Shown: piece by piece, positions 12,430 to 25,417 of the stretch | Numbering within the stretch: the stretch's first letter is position 1 | Layout of the letters: each line of letters opens with the position of its first letter | Assembly: GCF_001194135.2 (NCBI RefSeq) | Contig: NC_068986.1 | Location: 9,526,317-9,589,912 of the forward strand | Source of the DNA: Octopus bimaculoides | Taxonomy: Eukaryota | Reading direction: 5' to 3' | Length of the DNA stretch: 63,596 nt | Program-made: the position numbers and the translations under genes | The notes under the pieces: generated by a model | Database searches by the model: none | Seen by the model: the letters and a program-made list of their open reading frames with translations, nothing else | What the model was told of the DNA's origin: nothing

Positions 12430-14600
12430 AGTAACTCTAACAGTACTCATAAAGTCACTGCTCATTCTGTCCTTCCTTCTACTTGCTTTTCTTGTAGCTT
12501 GCTGGCATCAAACAAGAGTTTCACCAATAAATTCTCTTTTTGCTTGCTTTCAGTTCTTAGAGTCTTCTGTAATATTTTCCCAGTTAATATGATGTTGAAC
12601 CAAGCATCATCATCATCATTTTGATTGAGTCACAGAAGCATGTCTCAGGTGCACCATTTGGGGCAATGATTGTCAGTAATCTCAGAATACAATATTTGGA
12701 TATTCTTGCATCTGACACCCTTTTTTTCATGTCCCCACCATCATAGCGAATGTTTCCTAGTAATGGTTTTTATTCTCATGACTTTTATTCTTGCCAGTAT
12801 TTAATCACCTGTAACATAGACATCCCATTTAACATTCAAAATGAGACTCACTTTTGTTTGTTGAAATCTCTCATGTAAACATAGTTGATGTTGGTATACT
12901 GTTCAACTTTAACAACCATAAACCAATGTTGGAGGGCACTATGGCTATTGTTTTGAGTTTCATCTTTCTTTTAAACATAGTCACAACACTGGCATGTTTA
13001 AAGTTTTTAAATACATGTCTTCATTCTTATATTTAGAATACGAGGTGGTGGAAATTAACATTGAAAGATGTTCCTCATTGCTTGTACAGTTCAGCAGGAA
13101 TGAAGCTGGAGGCTAAGAGTTTTGTAGTCATATATCTGAAAGATAGCCAGTGTTCAGTTCCTTCTATGACAGAGGAGTTTCCACCCATGCCTGCTTACAG
13201 TGGAGAGATCAGCTGTCACCAGAGACTGATCAATTAATTGAAGTGTTCAAATTTGTGTGATCATCTGTCACAGTACTGCCATCTCCATCTCTCCTTGTTC
13301 GGTCCATAGAGAATACAAATAACAGAGGAAAAGTCACATGTGAGATATTGAATTTCATTGGCCTTGGCTTACCACGTCATTCTGACTCTACAGATTTAGA
13401 ATTAGACAAGGAAGTGATGATAGTTGGCTTTCTTGATTTGGGATCAAGGGCTGTTTTTCTAAGCAAATCATGTTGAGTTTTGGTTGAGATGAGTTCACAG
13501 ATTTCTTTCCATCAAATCTTGATGTGTGTCATTTGAGAATCATACTTAATGACTGAATGGCACAAACTACAGTATTTTTCAGGTGAGATCATTGAAACTC
13601 TAAGATGGAATGAAATGGGGATCAGATTCTGTCCCCAGGCAGAAATTTGTGATGAGTTCCAAGATATTTTAGTTGTTGAAAATTCAGCTTCTCTGACAAT
13701 GGGTATTTGTTCTTCAGGTTACCCCTTGGTTTACTTTACAATTCCATTCTTTGACATGACATGACAAAATAATGGTTAATGCAGCTGTCATCATGGTTCA
13801 GTAATATTGATGTCACTTCTTCAGACAAAGATGCCGTCAATTTGAGGCCAATGACATGACCGATGCCTCCAGATTGCATTGTAAACAGACTTCAACCTGA
13901 AGGAATTGCTAATCATTTGGTCATATTCAGCAGATAATCTGAAAAGAATATGACTATTATAGCTGTAGTTTGCAATGCCTTGGTTTCTGGTGATGCCATT
14001 TCAGATGCTGCACTTTCCCCACCCAGGTGTTGCTGTCATCCTCGAGAAGGTTTTTGTCTGACTGTTGTAGAAATATAATTTATCATCATGATATGCATCA
14101 AGTGCTGCCATAGCTGTTGCATAATAGCCATTGAGGAGATAATCATTTCAGTGTAGGGGTGCATTAGTTTCAGATCCCTCACCAACTTAAATTTCACAGC
14201 AAAAGTCACTCATCCATCATTTTTGTGCCTCTCAGTCCTCTCATTTGAACATCATCTCTACTCATTCACTAACCACTTTACAAATAGACATTTTAATTTA
14301 ACATCCTACAAGAAAGTGTATCCAAGGCCAATTTCTGTCACTTCCCCCTTTATCTGCAATCCAGTTTCAGCAATTACTGCAATATCAACATTAAACTTTG
14401 CCAGGTCATCATTCTGGTCAGGTGATGTTCTTCCTGTCTTACAGATTCCAAATGTTCCATATTCTAGCAATAAAAAAGGACTGTTTGATTAATTGAATAA
14501 TTGTTGCAACCACAAAATGGATAGCCAACTGGATATGGTTTTCCAGTCAGGAGAGTCAGAGATAAATCTATTCCCGTCATCCCTCCCTTTCTCCTCTCAT
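12430..14600 (-). mobile_element. Heavily decayed RTE-BovB-like LINE
   Basis: Near 14330-14430 the minus strand gives LAKFNVDIAVIAET, resembling the APE N-terminus ARYNIDIAALSET. The 12430-12800 region weakly resembles an RTE C-terminus. Many stops and frameshifts. Confidence 0.55.
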
Positions 14601-15957
14601 ATGTGTGTGTGAAAATTTTTGTATCAAAATAAAGGCAATCAGACATCCAAAGAGGACTCAATACAAGTTAATAGGGAGCAAATAGTTTTACTTTCAGTTA
14701 TTTTACATATATAATGTTTTAGCAAAGAAACTCTGCTTTCACTAATTTGATAACTCTTCAGAAACAGAATATTTTGAATCTTAAAAGATAGTTCAGATAG
14801 TTCAAAATATCTTTGTAATTCAAATATTCAGAATGGATTTAATTCTTAAGACTTGAAATAATTTCTCTACAAAATATGATAACAAAGAATTAGAAATAGG
14901 AAGAATAATCAAACAATAGCATTTCAAGTTAAGTGAGCACACACGCATACTTATAGCGTATTATTACTATAATAAATAAAACATGCTTTCCAATTACATA
15001 GTTTTGAGTTCACTCTCACTACACAGCACTTTGAGTGAGGGTCTTCCACTATAGTCCTGGGCCAACCAAGCCCTACAAGTGGATTTGATGGACATGAACT
15101 AAAAGAAGCTTGTTGTGTGTATGCGTGTGGGAATGCATGCCTGTGTTTGTCCCCACACCACTACTTGACCTATAAAGAGACTGGGTTGTGATTGTATGTA
15201 TGTAGATATATGTATGTATATGCATGTGCTACATGCATGCAAGTGAATGTGTGTATGTATGAGTTATAGATATTTATATATGCATGCATAAGTGTATATA
15301 CATGCTTGTAAGTAAATTTATGTATGTATATGTGTGTAGGCATACGAAAATGTATGTATATGTGTCTGCAAGTTGTGGCTATGTATGTGGTATGTATAAA
15401 TGTGTATATAAATATGTATACAAATAAGTCCTTCTGTACATAAATATGTGGATGCATGTACATACTAGGGCATATAGGATTTTGATGTACAATACACTTA
15501 CATAAACTACTTGAGCGTTCCTATACATGAAAATGTAGGTTTGCAAATGTATCGCTCATAGTTTGAATGTACTTATGCATTTCTCTATTTGCAATACATC
15601 AAGGGTCACGGTAGCAGCACAATCTAGATATACCACACTTGGATTAAAGAACATCTACATAAACATGCTTCATTGGTTAAGAAATACCTCCAAATGCCAC
15701 AACTGTGAAGTGGAATACCATTTTTACCATTGACAAGAATATTGGTAGCTTGAGAATCAAGGAGGCTATTGTCATTAAATTACATAAACCAGACATCAGC
15801 AACAGAACTTAATTGCACGAACTAGATTTTCTACCTACCTTGCCTCACTTTTCTTATTTTTTCTCACATCCATTTACCAATCACAACAGCAAATTTTACC
15901 ACCACTACCCAACAGCTTTGTATAACTTACTCTATTTGAACAAAGAAATTCTCAGGA

Positions 15958-16112
15958 GGTGCAAGCATGGCTGTGTGGTAAGAAACTTGCTTCCCAACCA
16001 CACAGTTCATGGTTCAGTCTCACTGTGTGGTACCTTGGGCAAGTGTCTTCTACTATAGCCTCAAGCTAACCAAAGCGATGTGAGTGGATCTAACCGATGG
16101 AAACTGAAAGAA
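15958..16112 (+). mobile_element. tRNA-derived CORE-like SINE family B, 5' half
   Basis: gcatggctgtgtggtaagaa...ggttcagtc...accttgggcaagtgtcttctactatagcc...ggaaactgaaagaa. Confidence 0.85.
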
Positions 16113-16137
16113 TCATAAGTATTGGGGTCGATTCAGA

Positions 16138-16350
16138 TGTGATTAGGAAAGATGTGCTGAATCATCCACCTCCAACTCAATAATACATCCTTATTATTTC
16201 TTCTCTTCAAGATATTCCATCATTCCAGATTTAACATTTCCTCTCTTATCATTAATATTATTGGTTCATTCCATGGAAAGTTCTAGACCCAACTATAGTT
16301 AATGGACAAAGAAAGAATAAGAAGACAATTGCTACTTTTCCTTAAAGTTC
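16138..16350 (+). repeat. Duplicate of the 18527-18770 segment
   Basis: About 200-bp direct repeat with a near-identical central ~95 bp (ccacctccaactcaataataca...attaatatta, 2 mismatches). Confidence 0.9.
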
Positions 16351-16914
16351 AGCTAAGAATTTAGTGACCTTTCACACCCCAACTTTACATATCTGCACTA
16401 ACTTTATATACCATGTCATTTACTACAGTTACTATTGGTACACCACATTACTTGCTGCTACTGCTACTACCCACCCCAACCAAACACAACTACTAATACA
16501 GTTGGTGCACAAACTAATTCAAGCAATACTTTTCATCACAACACACTAGAACACCCCTGCTGATAACTATACACTTCTCCAAAGTCTTAGATTATTTTCT
16601 TCTGTTTGAAAAGGGGAATTTTTCTCCAAAATATTAAAAGTACATTAAACAACCTCTGTAAGGTAATACAATATCTTTTCTCATTTTCTTTTCATTCATT
16701 AACATCACCTTACATATTTTGCTTCACTCCTCATCTGCATTGCTCAAAAACTTTTTTCAGCAAACATTCATCTTGTTTATACATATTGCAAAGCTGCAAG
16801 CAAATTACACGACTCCTATATATTCCATTATAATCTATTATTGATTCCATTAGGTATCTATTATCATTCAGCTATCCATTTATTTATTTAACAATATATT
16901 CATTATGCTAATAA

Positions 16915-16963
<49 letters not shown>

Positions 16964-17623
16964 CAGGCTGTGTGTGTATGATCACTTAAAACGAAATGTT
17001 ATTTGATCATTCCTTCGACCTCTAATTCTTTGATGACATGTTTCATGGAGAAATTATTCTAATTGTTATGAATCAAAGAAGTTAGTCTCAACTGAAATAT
17101 CTTATCAACATTCACAGATATATACATGTGCATGTGTGCATGTGTGTATGGTTTGCATGTATGGTACACACACACACACACACAAACAAGAATGAGTAGG
17201 AGAAAGAGAGAATATATGTGCAATGAAGTACAGCACATAACCAATGTTTGGGTTCCATAGAAGGTACTGCTTGTTCAGACACCATTGTTGCCTGAACACA
17301 ATCAGGGGGTAAATTTGCCTTTTATGTTTGTAGCATCAACAAAATAAGGATCCATCATCTGCATCTGCTATGATAGAGCCCCTGATACATGTCCCAGCCC
17401 TATGAACCTGTGGCCTTGAATTAACGGAAGAAATCAATATTTATGACATGTAACGCAATAATTTACCTTATTTTCTTCAATATCATATAGCTGATATATA
17501 TATTTTATATCAGTGATATATATATATTTTATATCACTGATTTATATGTTTTATTTATTTTATTCTTGATAAATCAATTTACTTTTATTTCTGTAATAAT
17601 AGTTTTTTAAATTCTTCAACAGA

Positions 17624-18070
17624 ATGCCTTTTTCAAAAAATTTGGTCTCAGAAATCTCTACTTGGCAGGCACGTGTCGATGATCACAAAGAGAAACAATT
17701 AATTAATCCCTTTTCATTATGGGAAGGTGCATCTCATCGAGAAAAGTTGTCAAAAACAGACGAAAACTATGGGAAACCAGTGGAAGGTACACTGACAGCA
17801 ATCCGCGGCCAAGAAGCCTTGGAATCAGTCTACAATGAAATTCATGAACTGTGCATGATAATAGCTGCGATTGGAGTGCATCAAACAGATAAATCGGTTC
17901 GAGTGACATTTGGTGAATTATTTCATGCATATTTACGCATTTCTAATAAACTGGTTGGTATGTTAATACGAGCTCGTCGACACAATCTGTTAGATTTCGA
18001 AGGAGAAATATTATACCAATGTCAAGATGAGAAAGTTGAAATAACTTTATTTAAAGTCCCAGAACGTTAA
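17624..18070 (+). CDS. ABRA: Actin-binding Rho-activating protein (STARS)-like, Costars domain; 148-aa exon
   Basis: Motifs W...D.H.EKQLINPFS, YGKPVEGT.TA.RG and VTFGELF..Y.RISNKLVGMLIRARRH.LLDFEGE.L...D..V.ITL match the ABRA C-terminal region. Acceptor ttcttcaacag|A lies directly before the ATG. Confidence 0.95.
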   Translation: MPFSKNLVSEISTWQARVDDHKEKQLINPFSLWEGASHREKLSKTDENYGKPVEGTLTAIRGQEALESVYNEIHELCMIIAAIGVHQTDKSVRVTFGELFHAYLRISNKLVGMLIRARRHNLLDFEGEILYQCQDEKVEITLFKVPER

Positions 18071-18526
18071 TACGTAACTATTTGATTTGGTTAATATAGT
18101 TTAGTTAGCGCTACTTAATATAGAAGCTTAGAAAATCGAAAACAAAATTAACAATATTTCTAACAAAATTTTAACTAACATTAACTGGTTTTATAAATTC
18201 TAGAAATGAATGCTTTACTTTTACAGATAATGGTTTCTGACATTTCAATGATTTTGAGTTCTTGGCTATAAATTCTTAGAAATTGGCTTCAAGACCTCTC
18301 ATAAGTAATGTCTTGACATTTTAGGTACTAAAGAAAACCATGCTTAAATCCATAACATAATGCTTGGCAAACAAACAGGCCAATTAGCTATAGATTATTC
18401 CTTAACAGTAAGCATTTGAAATTCTGGCCTTATCTAATGAACTCAGCATGAGTAAACAAGGATAGGATTTCTATTGAAAAAAATGCTGCTTTGATTTTTG
18501 CTTGTATCTCTTGTTTCTATATACAG

Positions 18527-18770
18527 ACGTGATTTGGAAAGATGAGCTGGATCTGCCACCTCCAACTCAATAATACATTCTTATTATTTCTTCTCTTTAA
18601 GATATTCCATCATTCCAGATTTAACATTTCCTCTCTTATCATTAATATTACTAGCTCATTCCATGAAATGACAGTTCTATACCAAACTATAGTTAAGGAC
18701 AAAGAAAGAATAAGAAGACAACTGCTACCTGCTGGTAATGCAATAAATTGATTTGTTACTTAAAACTCAG
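18527..18770 (+). other. Candidate non-coding 3' exon of ABRA
   Basis: Strong acceptor ttttgcttgtatctcttgtttctatatacag|; AATAAA at 18742; donor-like CAG|gtaaga at 18771; a possible donor TAC|gtaact 3 nt after the ABRA stop. Confidence 0.35.
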
Positions 18771-18804
18771 GTAAGAATGAGTAAATGAGCAACAAGGTAG
18801 GGTA

Positions 18805-18855
<51 letters not shown>

Positions 18856-19145
18856 GCGCGTGTGTGCATGAAAGAGAGAGAGAGAGAGAGACAGAGAGGA
18901 AGAGAGATTGATAAAAGTTACTGTATTTTATTAGTGTTATGAATCAGTGTTATTGCTATCAGTGAGTGACATATTTCAATGAATTAAGAAATATAAACAA
19001 GAAATAATATATCAGTGTACCCACTTGCAGTAATTTAGAACTCACTGCAACTGCTTTCTTGTTTCTCTAAACCAAAACATAATTCTGTTTTGTCTCAATT
19101 TCTCTGTGTAGAGAACATGCATCATATAAATACCATACACTACTT

Positions 19146-20410
19146 CATCATCATCATCATCATCATCATCGTTTAACGTCTGCTTTCCATGCTAGCATGG
19201 GTTGGACGATTTGACTGAGGACTGGTGAAACCGGATGGCAACACCAGGCTCCAGTCTGATTTGGCAGAGTTTCTACAGCTGGATGCCCTTCCTAACGCCA
19301 ACCACTCAGAGAGTGTAGTGGGTGCTTTTACGTGTCACCCGCACGAAAATGGCCACGCTTGAAATGGTGTCTTTTATGTGCCACCCGCACNNNNNNNNNN
19401 NNNNNNNNNNNNNNNNNNNNNNNNNNNNNNNNNNNNNNNNNNNNNNNNNNNNNNNNNNNNNNNNNNNNNNNNNNNNNNNNNNNNNNNNNNNNNNNNNNNN
19501 NNNNNNNNNNNNNNNNNNNNNNNNNNNNNNNNNNNNNNNNNNNNNNNNNNNNNNNNNNNNNNNNNNNNNNNNNNNNNNNNNNNNNNNNNNNNNNNNNNNN
19601 NNNNNNNNNNNNNNNNNNNNNNNNNNNNNNNNNNNNNNNNNNNNNNNNNNNNNNNNNNNNNNNNNNNNNNNNNNNNNNNNNNNNNNNNNNNNNNNNNNNN
19701 NNNNNNNNNNNNNNNNNNNNNNNNNNNNNNNNNNNNNNNNNNNNNNNNNNNNNNNNNNNNNNNNNNNNNNNNNNNNNNNNNNNNNNNNNNNNNNNNNNNN
19801 NNNNNNNNNNNNNNNNNNNNNNNNNNNNNNNNNNNNNNNNNNNNNNNNNNNNNNNNNNNNNNNNNNNNNNNNNNNNNNNNNNNNNNNNNNNNNNNNNNNN
19901 NNNNNNNNNNNNNNNNNNNNNNNNNNNNNNNNNNNNNNNNNNNNNNNNNNNNNNNNNNNNNNNNNNNNNNNNNNNNNNNNNNNNNNNNNNNNNNNNNNNN
20001 NNNNNNNNNNNNNNNNNNNNNNNNNNNNNNNNNNNNNNNNNNNNNNNNNNNNNNNNNNNNNNNNNNNNNNNNNNNNNNNNNNNNNNNNNNNNNNNNNNNN
20101 NNNNNNNNNNNNNNNNNNNNNNNNNNNNNNNNNNNNNNNNNNNNNNNNNNNNNNNNNNNNNNCGTACACATGCGTCATACAGTCTGCCTTTTACTCTGAG
20201 TGAGAGTCCCTTTGTCACCAGCAGGGGTAAGAGCTCTCTAAACTTTGCCCAGGCTATTCTTATTCTAGCAGCTACACTTTCAGCGCACCCACCCCCACTA
20301 CTAACTTGGTCGCCCAGATAGCGGAAGCTATCGACTACCTCTAGTTTTTCACCCTGGAATGAGATAGTTGTTTCCTGTTTGTTTGCAGTCTTTATTGCAC
20401 CTGAACATGC
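19146..20410 (-). mobile_element. 5'-truncated RTE-clade LINE, spanning an N-gap
   Basis: GEKLEVVDSFRYLGDQVSSGGGCAESVAARIRIAWAKFRELLPLLVTKGLSLRVKGRLYDACVR on the right of the gap; 3'UTR and (GAT)n tail on the left. Confidence 0.9.
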
Positions 20411-22084
20411 CTATCTATTTTCTTGATGCTAAGAAAATCCTTTTTTTGGTTTGAGAAAAGATTGTTACCATACTTGTATAATGGCAATTGTAAAATTCTT
20501 CAAATATTAATTATAATTAGTGTGTCCCATTAAAAAAAAGAAAGTGGTTCTAAATAATCTACCTACTTTATATCATTCAATTCAGTAATGTATTATAACA
20601 AAATCTGTATTAAAAAAATTTTTTTAAATCAAACTCTGTCACAGAGGCCAGAAGCAATCAATAACAAAAATAGATTACCACACTACACATAAGCCAAATC
20701 TATCCACAATATATAATACCTTTCCACTAAACAGTACATATCCTTCTACTAAACAGTATATACCCTTCTATTATTGTTAACATTAACAGGAAGCCATTCA
20801 CTTGATTGGCAAACTTTTCTTTACAGATAACCTCAACGTCTCAACTCTTTGTTGAGTTAAAAAAAACATTTTACTTTTACAAAGACTTTTTTGACTGCCC
20901 TCATTTTTTGTTGGACACAATGGCTTGTCTATGTCACAGATAAATTATGCTTCATTCCAACATTTGAATCATAATTCTACATAATTGTTTCTTCTGTCAT
21001 ATCTACTGCATCTCTTTGACAGCTTTCTCTACTAACATGTCCAAATCAGTCATGTAGCTGATTCACTCTGTTGATAGTTTTCCCTATTATATGGTACACG
21101 GATACTTTCTTCTCTCTCAATGAATCAACACAGAAAATATTAAAAGATATTCTATGAATAAAGAGTAAAAAAAACAAAAAAAAAACGAGTTGCTTTAAAA
21201 GATAAATATGGATGAGAATGTGTTAATGCCTTACATTGAAAAGATCTGTTACAATGAAATGGGAAAATGTAAAAATAAAAATAAAAAACAGAATCCAAAA
21301 GAGCTGGTGGTGGTGAGTCACCAGCAAATATTATACAATGAATGAGTGAATAAGTTTGTTTGCCATGGGGAGAAGACACATCTGACATTTTGGGGAAGGA
21401 TATTTCATGTGAGAGAAAAAAAATATTTTCGATTGAAAAAATGTTTTATTTGTTTGTTTTTCTTTTTACATAAACTCATCGTGCTTTCAATAAAAATTCT
21501 TTTATGGTATTTTCTGTCAAAAATAAACCTACATCATTCTGTTATTTTGACTTCATTATTGACAACATTGGCCAAGAAAAATATTTAATTTTTTTTTTTT
21601 AATCAACAAAAAATTTAGGTGAAAAAGATAAAAGTTTTTAAAATTGTTGAACATCGAAGTAACAAAAAGTTGATAGGAAACGGTTTCTATATTTAACCTG
21701 TTCATATTCTTTATGTGGTTTTGATCTATATTCACAAAATTCATTATAAAGAAGAATAAAGAAATCTGTCTGGTAGATTTTACATTAATATAAAATAGAT
21801 ATTCAAATACAGATACTGGAATGTTTATTACACATATATGTATGTTCCTACCTACCTACCTTTGTGTCACACTAAGGGAAGTAACTCAAAAGAGACAATG
21901 AAAGAGTAAGCCAAAGAACAAAAAAAAAGGGGGAAATAAAAGGATGATAATGGTAAATGGTGAGATGCCAGTGGTGACGATCTTTTTATTTGTTGTTCAA
22001 GATGGCTATGGTTTGTTTGTTGTTGGTAGTCATGGTAGTGTTGGTGGTGGTGACAGCAACCATTTACATTAAGGTATATATGTA

Positions 22085-22530
22085 ATAATAATAATGATGA
22101 TGATGAACTTATTGTATCTAGTGCTGCTCAGGTGCGCACTACAACTCAGAGAAAGGAACCAAAACTGCTTTGAACAGTTCGTAGAATATGCACAAGAAGT
22201 GTACAGTAAAAAAGACTTTAAAAAAAAAAAAGAGAAAGAAAGAAACAGGGTGGAGAGCATCAGGTGTACTGGAAGCATGGAAATTTTGAAGGATGCAGTG
22301 TCTCGACAGCTAATGACTGATGCAGGTAGTTTATTCCATGCTTCATTAATTCTGAGCATGAAAGAATGTTTCTAAAAGTCATGGTGCTGTGTTGCTTTGT
22401 GATTTCGCAAGCATGTCCACAAGTGTTAGACATACGGAACTCAAAAAGGTGCCCACGGTTGTTGTTGGAAAGATGCTGGATAATCTTGTGGGTGTCTGCT
22501 AAGTCAGTTGCCAGGCATTGAAGCTTTAAC
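22085..22530 (-). mobile_element. CR1-group LINE 3' fragment
   Basis: ...HKII.HL.NNN...FE...NTCGH... and LRINEAWNKLPASVISCRDTASFK. Confidence 0.8.
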
Positions 22531-22754
22531 CCTTTAATGTTTGCATTATTCTGCCAAAATTAATGCTTTTTCATCCACATTGTTTTAAACTAATCATACA
22601 TTATCTTGTAGCTATGAGATTTTGATGAGGTAGCTGTTAATTTTTAAAACGATATTGTAGGGTTGGTGTGAGAGACCAGATTTGGCCAGTCTGAACATAA
22701 AACAAGCAGAATACTTTTGGCCGGATATGGCCGGTTTAAATGCTAAAGGGTTAA
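22526..22754. mobile_element. piggyBac-like MITE, family 1
   Basis: TTAA|CCCTTTAAT ... ATGCTAAAGGG|TTAA. Confidence 0.75.
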
Positions 22755-22914
22755 TGTGTCCATGCCCAGGGAAGCAAAACATTCAGTGTTGGTTGCAGGT
22801 TTTTGAACAGCTTCCAAGAGATGAATATGCTGAGCAAGATAGGATTCATAACAGGTGATATGACATTTTTAAAATTTCAGTACAAAAAAAATAAATATAT
22901 TGTTCATGATGGCA

Positions 22915-23240
22915 TATAAAAAGCACCATTCGAACGTTGGGCCTCATGGAGGCAGTGACAGGTGACCAAGACCTCTGGCAATATACCATGCTTGTGTAGA
23001 CCTGTCAAGCCAAGTGAGACCATAGTCGTGGCCGATGCCGGTGTCAGGTCAATGGCACCTGTGCTGGTGGCATGTAAAAAGCACCCACTACACTCTGCTA
23101 CACTCTCAGAGTGGTTGGCATTAGGAAGGGCATCCAGCCAAATTAGATTGGAACCTGGGGCAGCTCCTTGGCTTACCAGTTTTCAGTCAAAACGTCCAAC
23201 CCATGCCAGCACGGAAAGTGGGTATTAGACAATGATGATG
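22915..23240 (+). mobile_element. RTE 3' end (ORF terminus plus UTR)
   Basis: ttgggcctcatggaggcagtgac ... aaaagcacccactacactc ... ccaacccatgccagc. Confidence 0.85.
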
Positions 23241-23749
23241 AATGTCAGCTTCTTACTACTCGCAAAAGCCACCAACACCCCCATCACCTCCTCCATTAAC
23301 CAGAAAGGTGTATGTAAATAAAGTGGAACCAAGGATTCAATAGGGTGAGGAAGCGGGTAAGTTTGCAGGATTGCGAAAGGAGTGTGGGAGACGGAGGGGA
23401 AGGATTGTTGTGAGTGGACACAAGACTTGCTTATATTGTTTTCTGTTAATTTATAAAGACATCCCATCAACAATACTCAGCTATAAAAGATGTCTGAAGA
23501 TTTGAACTTTTCAAATTTAGCTTATTTCATTAACTATTGACAGTGCTCCAGCAAGGCCTTGGGCTAAAATAAGCTAAAGCACTAATGTTTAATTATTAAG
23601 TAGATTGTGTTCGAAATAGTTTTCAATAGTCTTTAATTAAAAGATATCAACAAGTAAATATAATAGTAAAAAATATAAAAAAAGGAAAATCATTAAAAGA
23701 AATACAATCACAAATTAATTTTATGTTATATTACACAGAAATTGTCAAA

Positions 23750-23892
23750 GCTGTGTGTTTGAGAAGTTTGCTTCCCTAACACATGGTTTTTGGGTTCAAT
23801 CCCACTGCATAGCATGCATTTCTAACATAAACCCTGGGCCAATAAAAGCTTTGTGAATGGATTTAGTAGATGGAAACTGAAAGAAGACCAGT

Positions 23893-23935
<43 letters not shown>
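23750..23935 (+). mobile_element. SINE family B 5' half running into (GT)n
   Basis: gtttgcttccctaacacatgg ... gatggaaactgaaagaag followed by (GT)n. Confidence 0.8.
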
Positions 23936-24262
23936 GACATTGTGTATTGTACATGGTTGTCACTGTTACACAAACATTCCTTCATTCCCAATATTCTACA
24001 AAAGCACGTTTGGCCAAGAGGGACCAGGTGAGGATTGGCAACTGAAAAGGTATCCAGTCATAGAAAATCTTTCTCATTAACCTCTGTCCAACCCATGCAA
24101 GCATGGCAGAGGTGGACATTAAACAATAAGATTGATGGAGATCGTAATTAGGAATAAAAGAAAACTTTTTTCCAAGTTGCCATTTGATAGTTCAGTGTAT
24201 AAAGCTTAGCAACGAGACAAATGGTTACTGTGAGTTTTGGTTTAGTTATTGAAAGAATTAAA

Positions 24263-24330
24263 TTAATAAAGAAAGAAAAGTTAAATTAATAAAGAAAGAA
24301 AAGTTAAATTAATAAAGAAAGAAAAGCTAA
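24263..24330. repeat. 23-bp tandem repeat x3
   Basis: ttaaattaataaagaaagaaaag. Confidence 0.85.
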
Positions 24331-24871
24331 ATTCGATATTCAATAAAAAAAATAAATAAAATGTAACAATGCTTTGCTGTTAGCTTGCAATAAATTGTAT
24401 TGCTAAGAGAAATTGAATGGAATTTGTTTTGGAAAGTCTCCTGTTGGATGCAACCCGAAGAAAGAGGACAGTTATTGATTCTGTTTGAAGAATTTGTATC
24501 GCCCTAACCTTCATTTCAGCAGCATTTTTGCGTGTGATACAAGCAGTTAGTGAAATCCATGTGTAGGAAGTTAAACTGAAGCTGTTTCCTTTGTTCTCAT
24601 ATGTAACACCTTTCGATAAAGACTTGGGTAACTTGTTGGTTTAGGGTGCAGCTAGAACAAAATAAACACAAGCTGCTGCTGTTTTCAGAAATCAAATATA
24701 ATTGAATTCAATGCTGGTTGTTACTATATTTCCACGACTTTTACCTCTACTTTCTTTCTTTTTTTCTGAGTGTTTACAACAATCTATTTGTAAACAAAAC
24801 TCGTTAAAAATTAATTCACATACTCCATAAATATTATATTTTCATACTACCAGCTTATTGTCACAAGCATT

Positions 24872-25093
24872 TTAACCCTTTTGTTACTGTATTTATTTTG
24901 AGATGTTTTGTGTTTCTTTCAATTACTTTAAATATAACAAAGAATTTAATAAAATAACTTAGTTATCATGAAACTAGTGTTAGGAGCATAGATTGTGACT
25001 AACGTTTGGTGGAAGATTTTAATTCAAAACTTATGAAAACAAGACATTTGTAGCCAGAGCCAGTTTCAGCCGGGTTGGTAACGAAAGGGTTAG
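24872..25093. mobile_element. piggyBac-like MITE, family 2
   Basis: TTAA|CCCTTTTGTTAC ... GTAACGAAAGGG|TTAG; reverse complement of 40169-40398. Confidence 0.75.
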
Positions 25094-25149
25094 ATAAAAA
25101 AGCACGGACATCACACAACCCTGTTTTGTAAGAAAGTAATATGTTCTTA

Positions 25150-25370
25150 GGCAAGGCAGTAAGCTGGCAGAATCATTAGCACGCCAGATGAAATGCTGAA
25201 CAACATTTTGTCTGTCCTTACATCTTGAGTTCAAATTCCACCAAGCTTGACTTTGCCTTTCATCCTTTTGGGGTCGATAAAATAAGTACCAGTTGTGTAT
25301 TGGGGTCGATTTAATTGACTTACTGCTCCTCCCTTGAAATTGCTGGCCTCGTGGCAAAATTTGAAACCAA

Positions 25371-25417
<47 letters not shown>

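Noticed and set aside
19306-20321. Long ORFs of 200-330 aa here and at 30.0-30.9, 34.1-34.6, 41.8-42.7 and 53.3-53.9 kb
   Set aside because: They are runs of N translated as X, flanked by repeat sequence.
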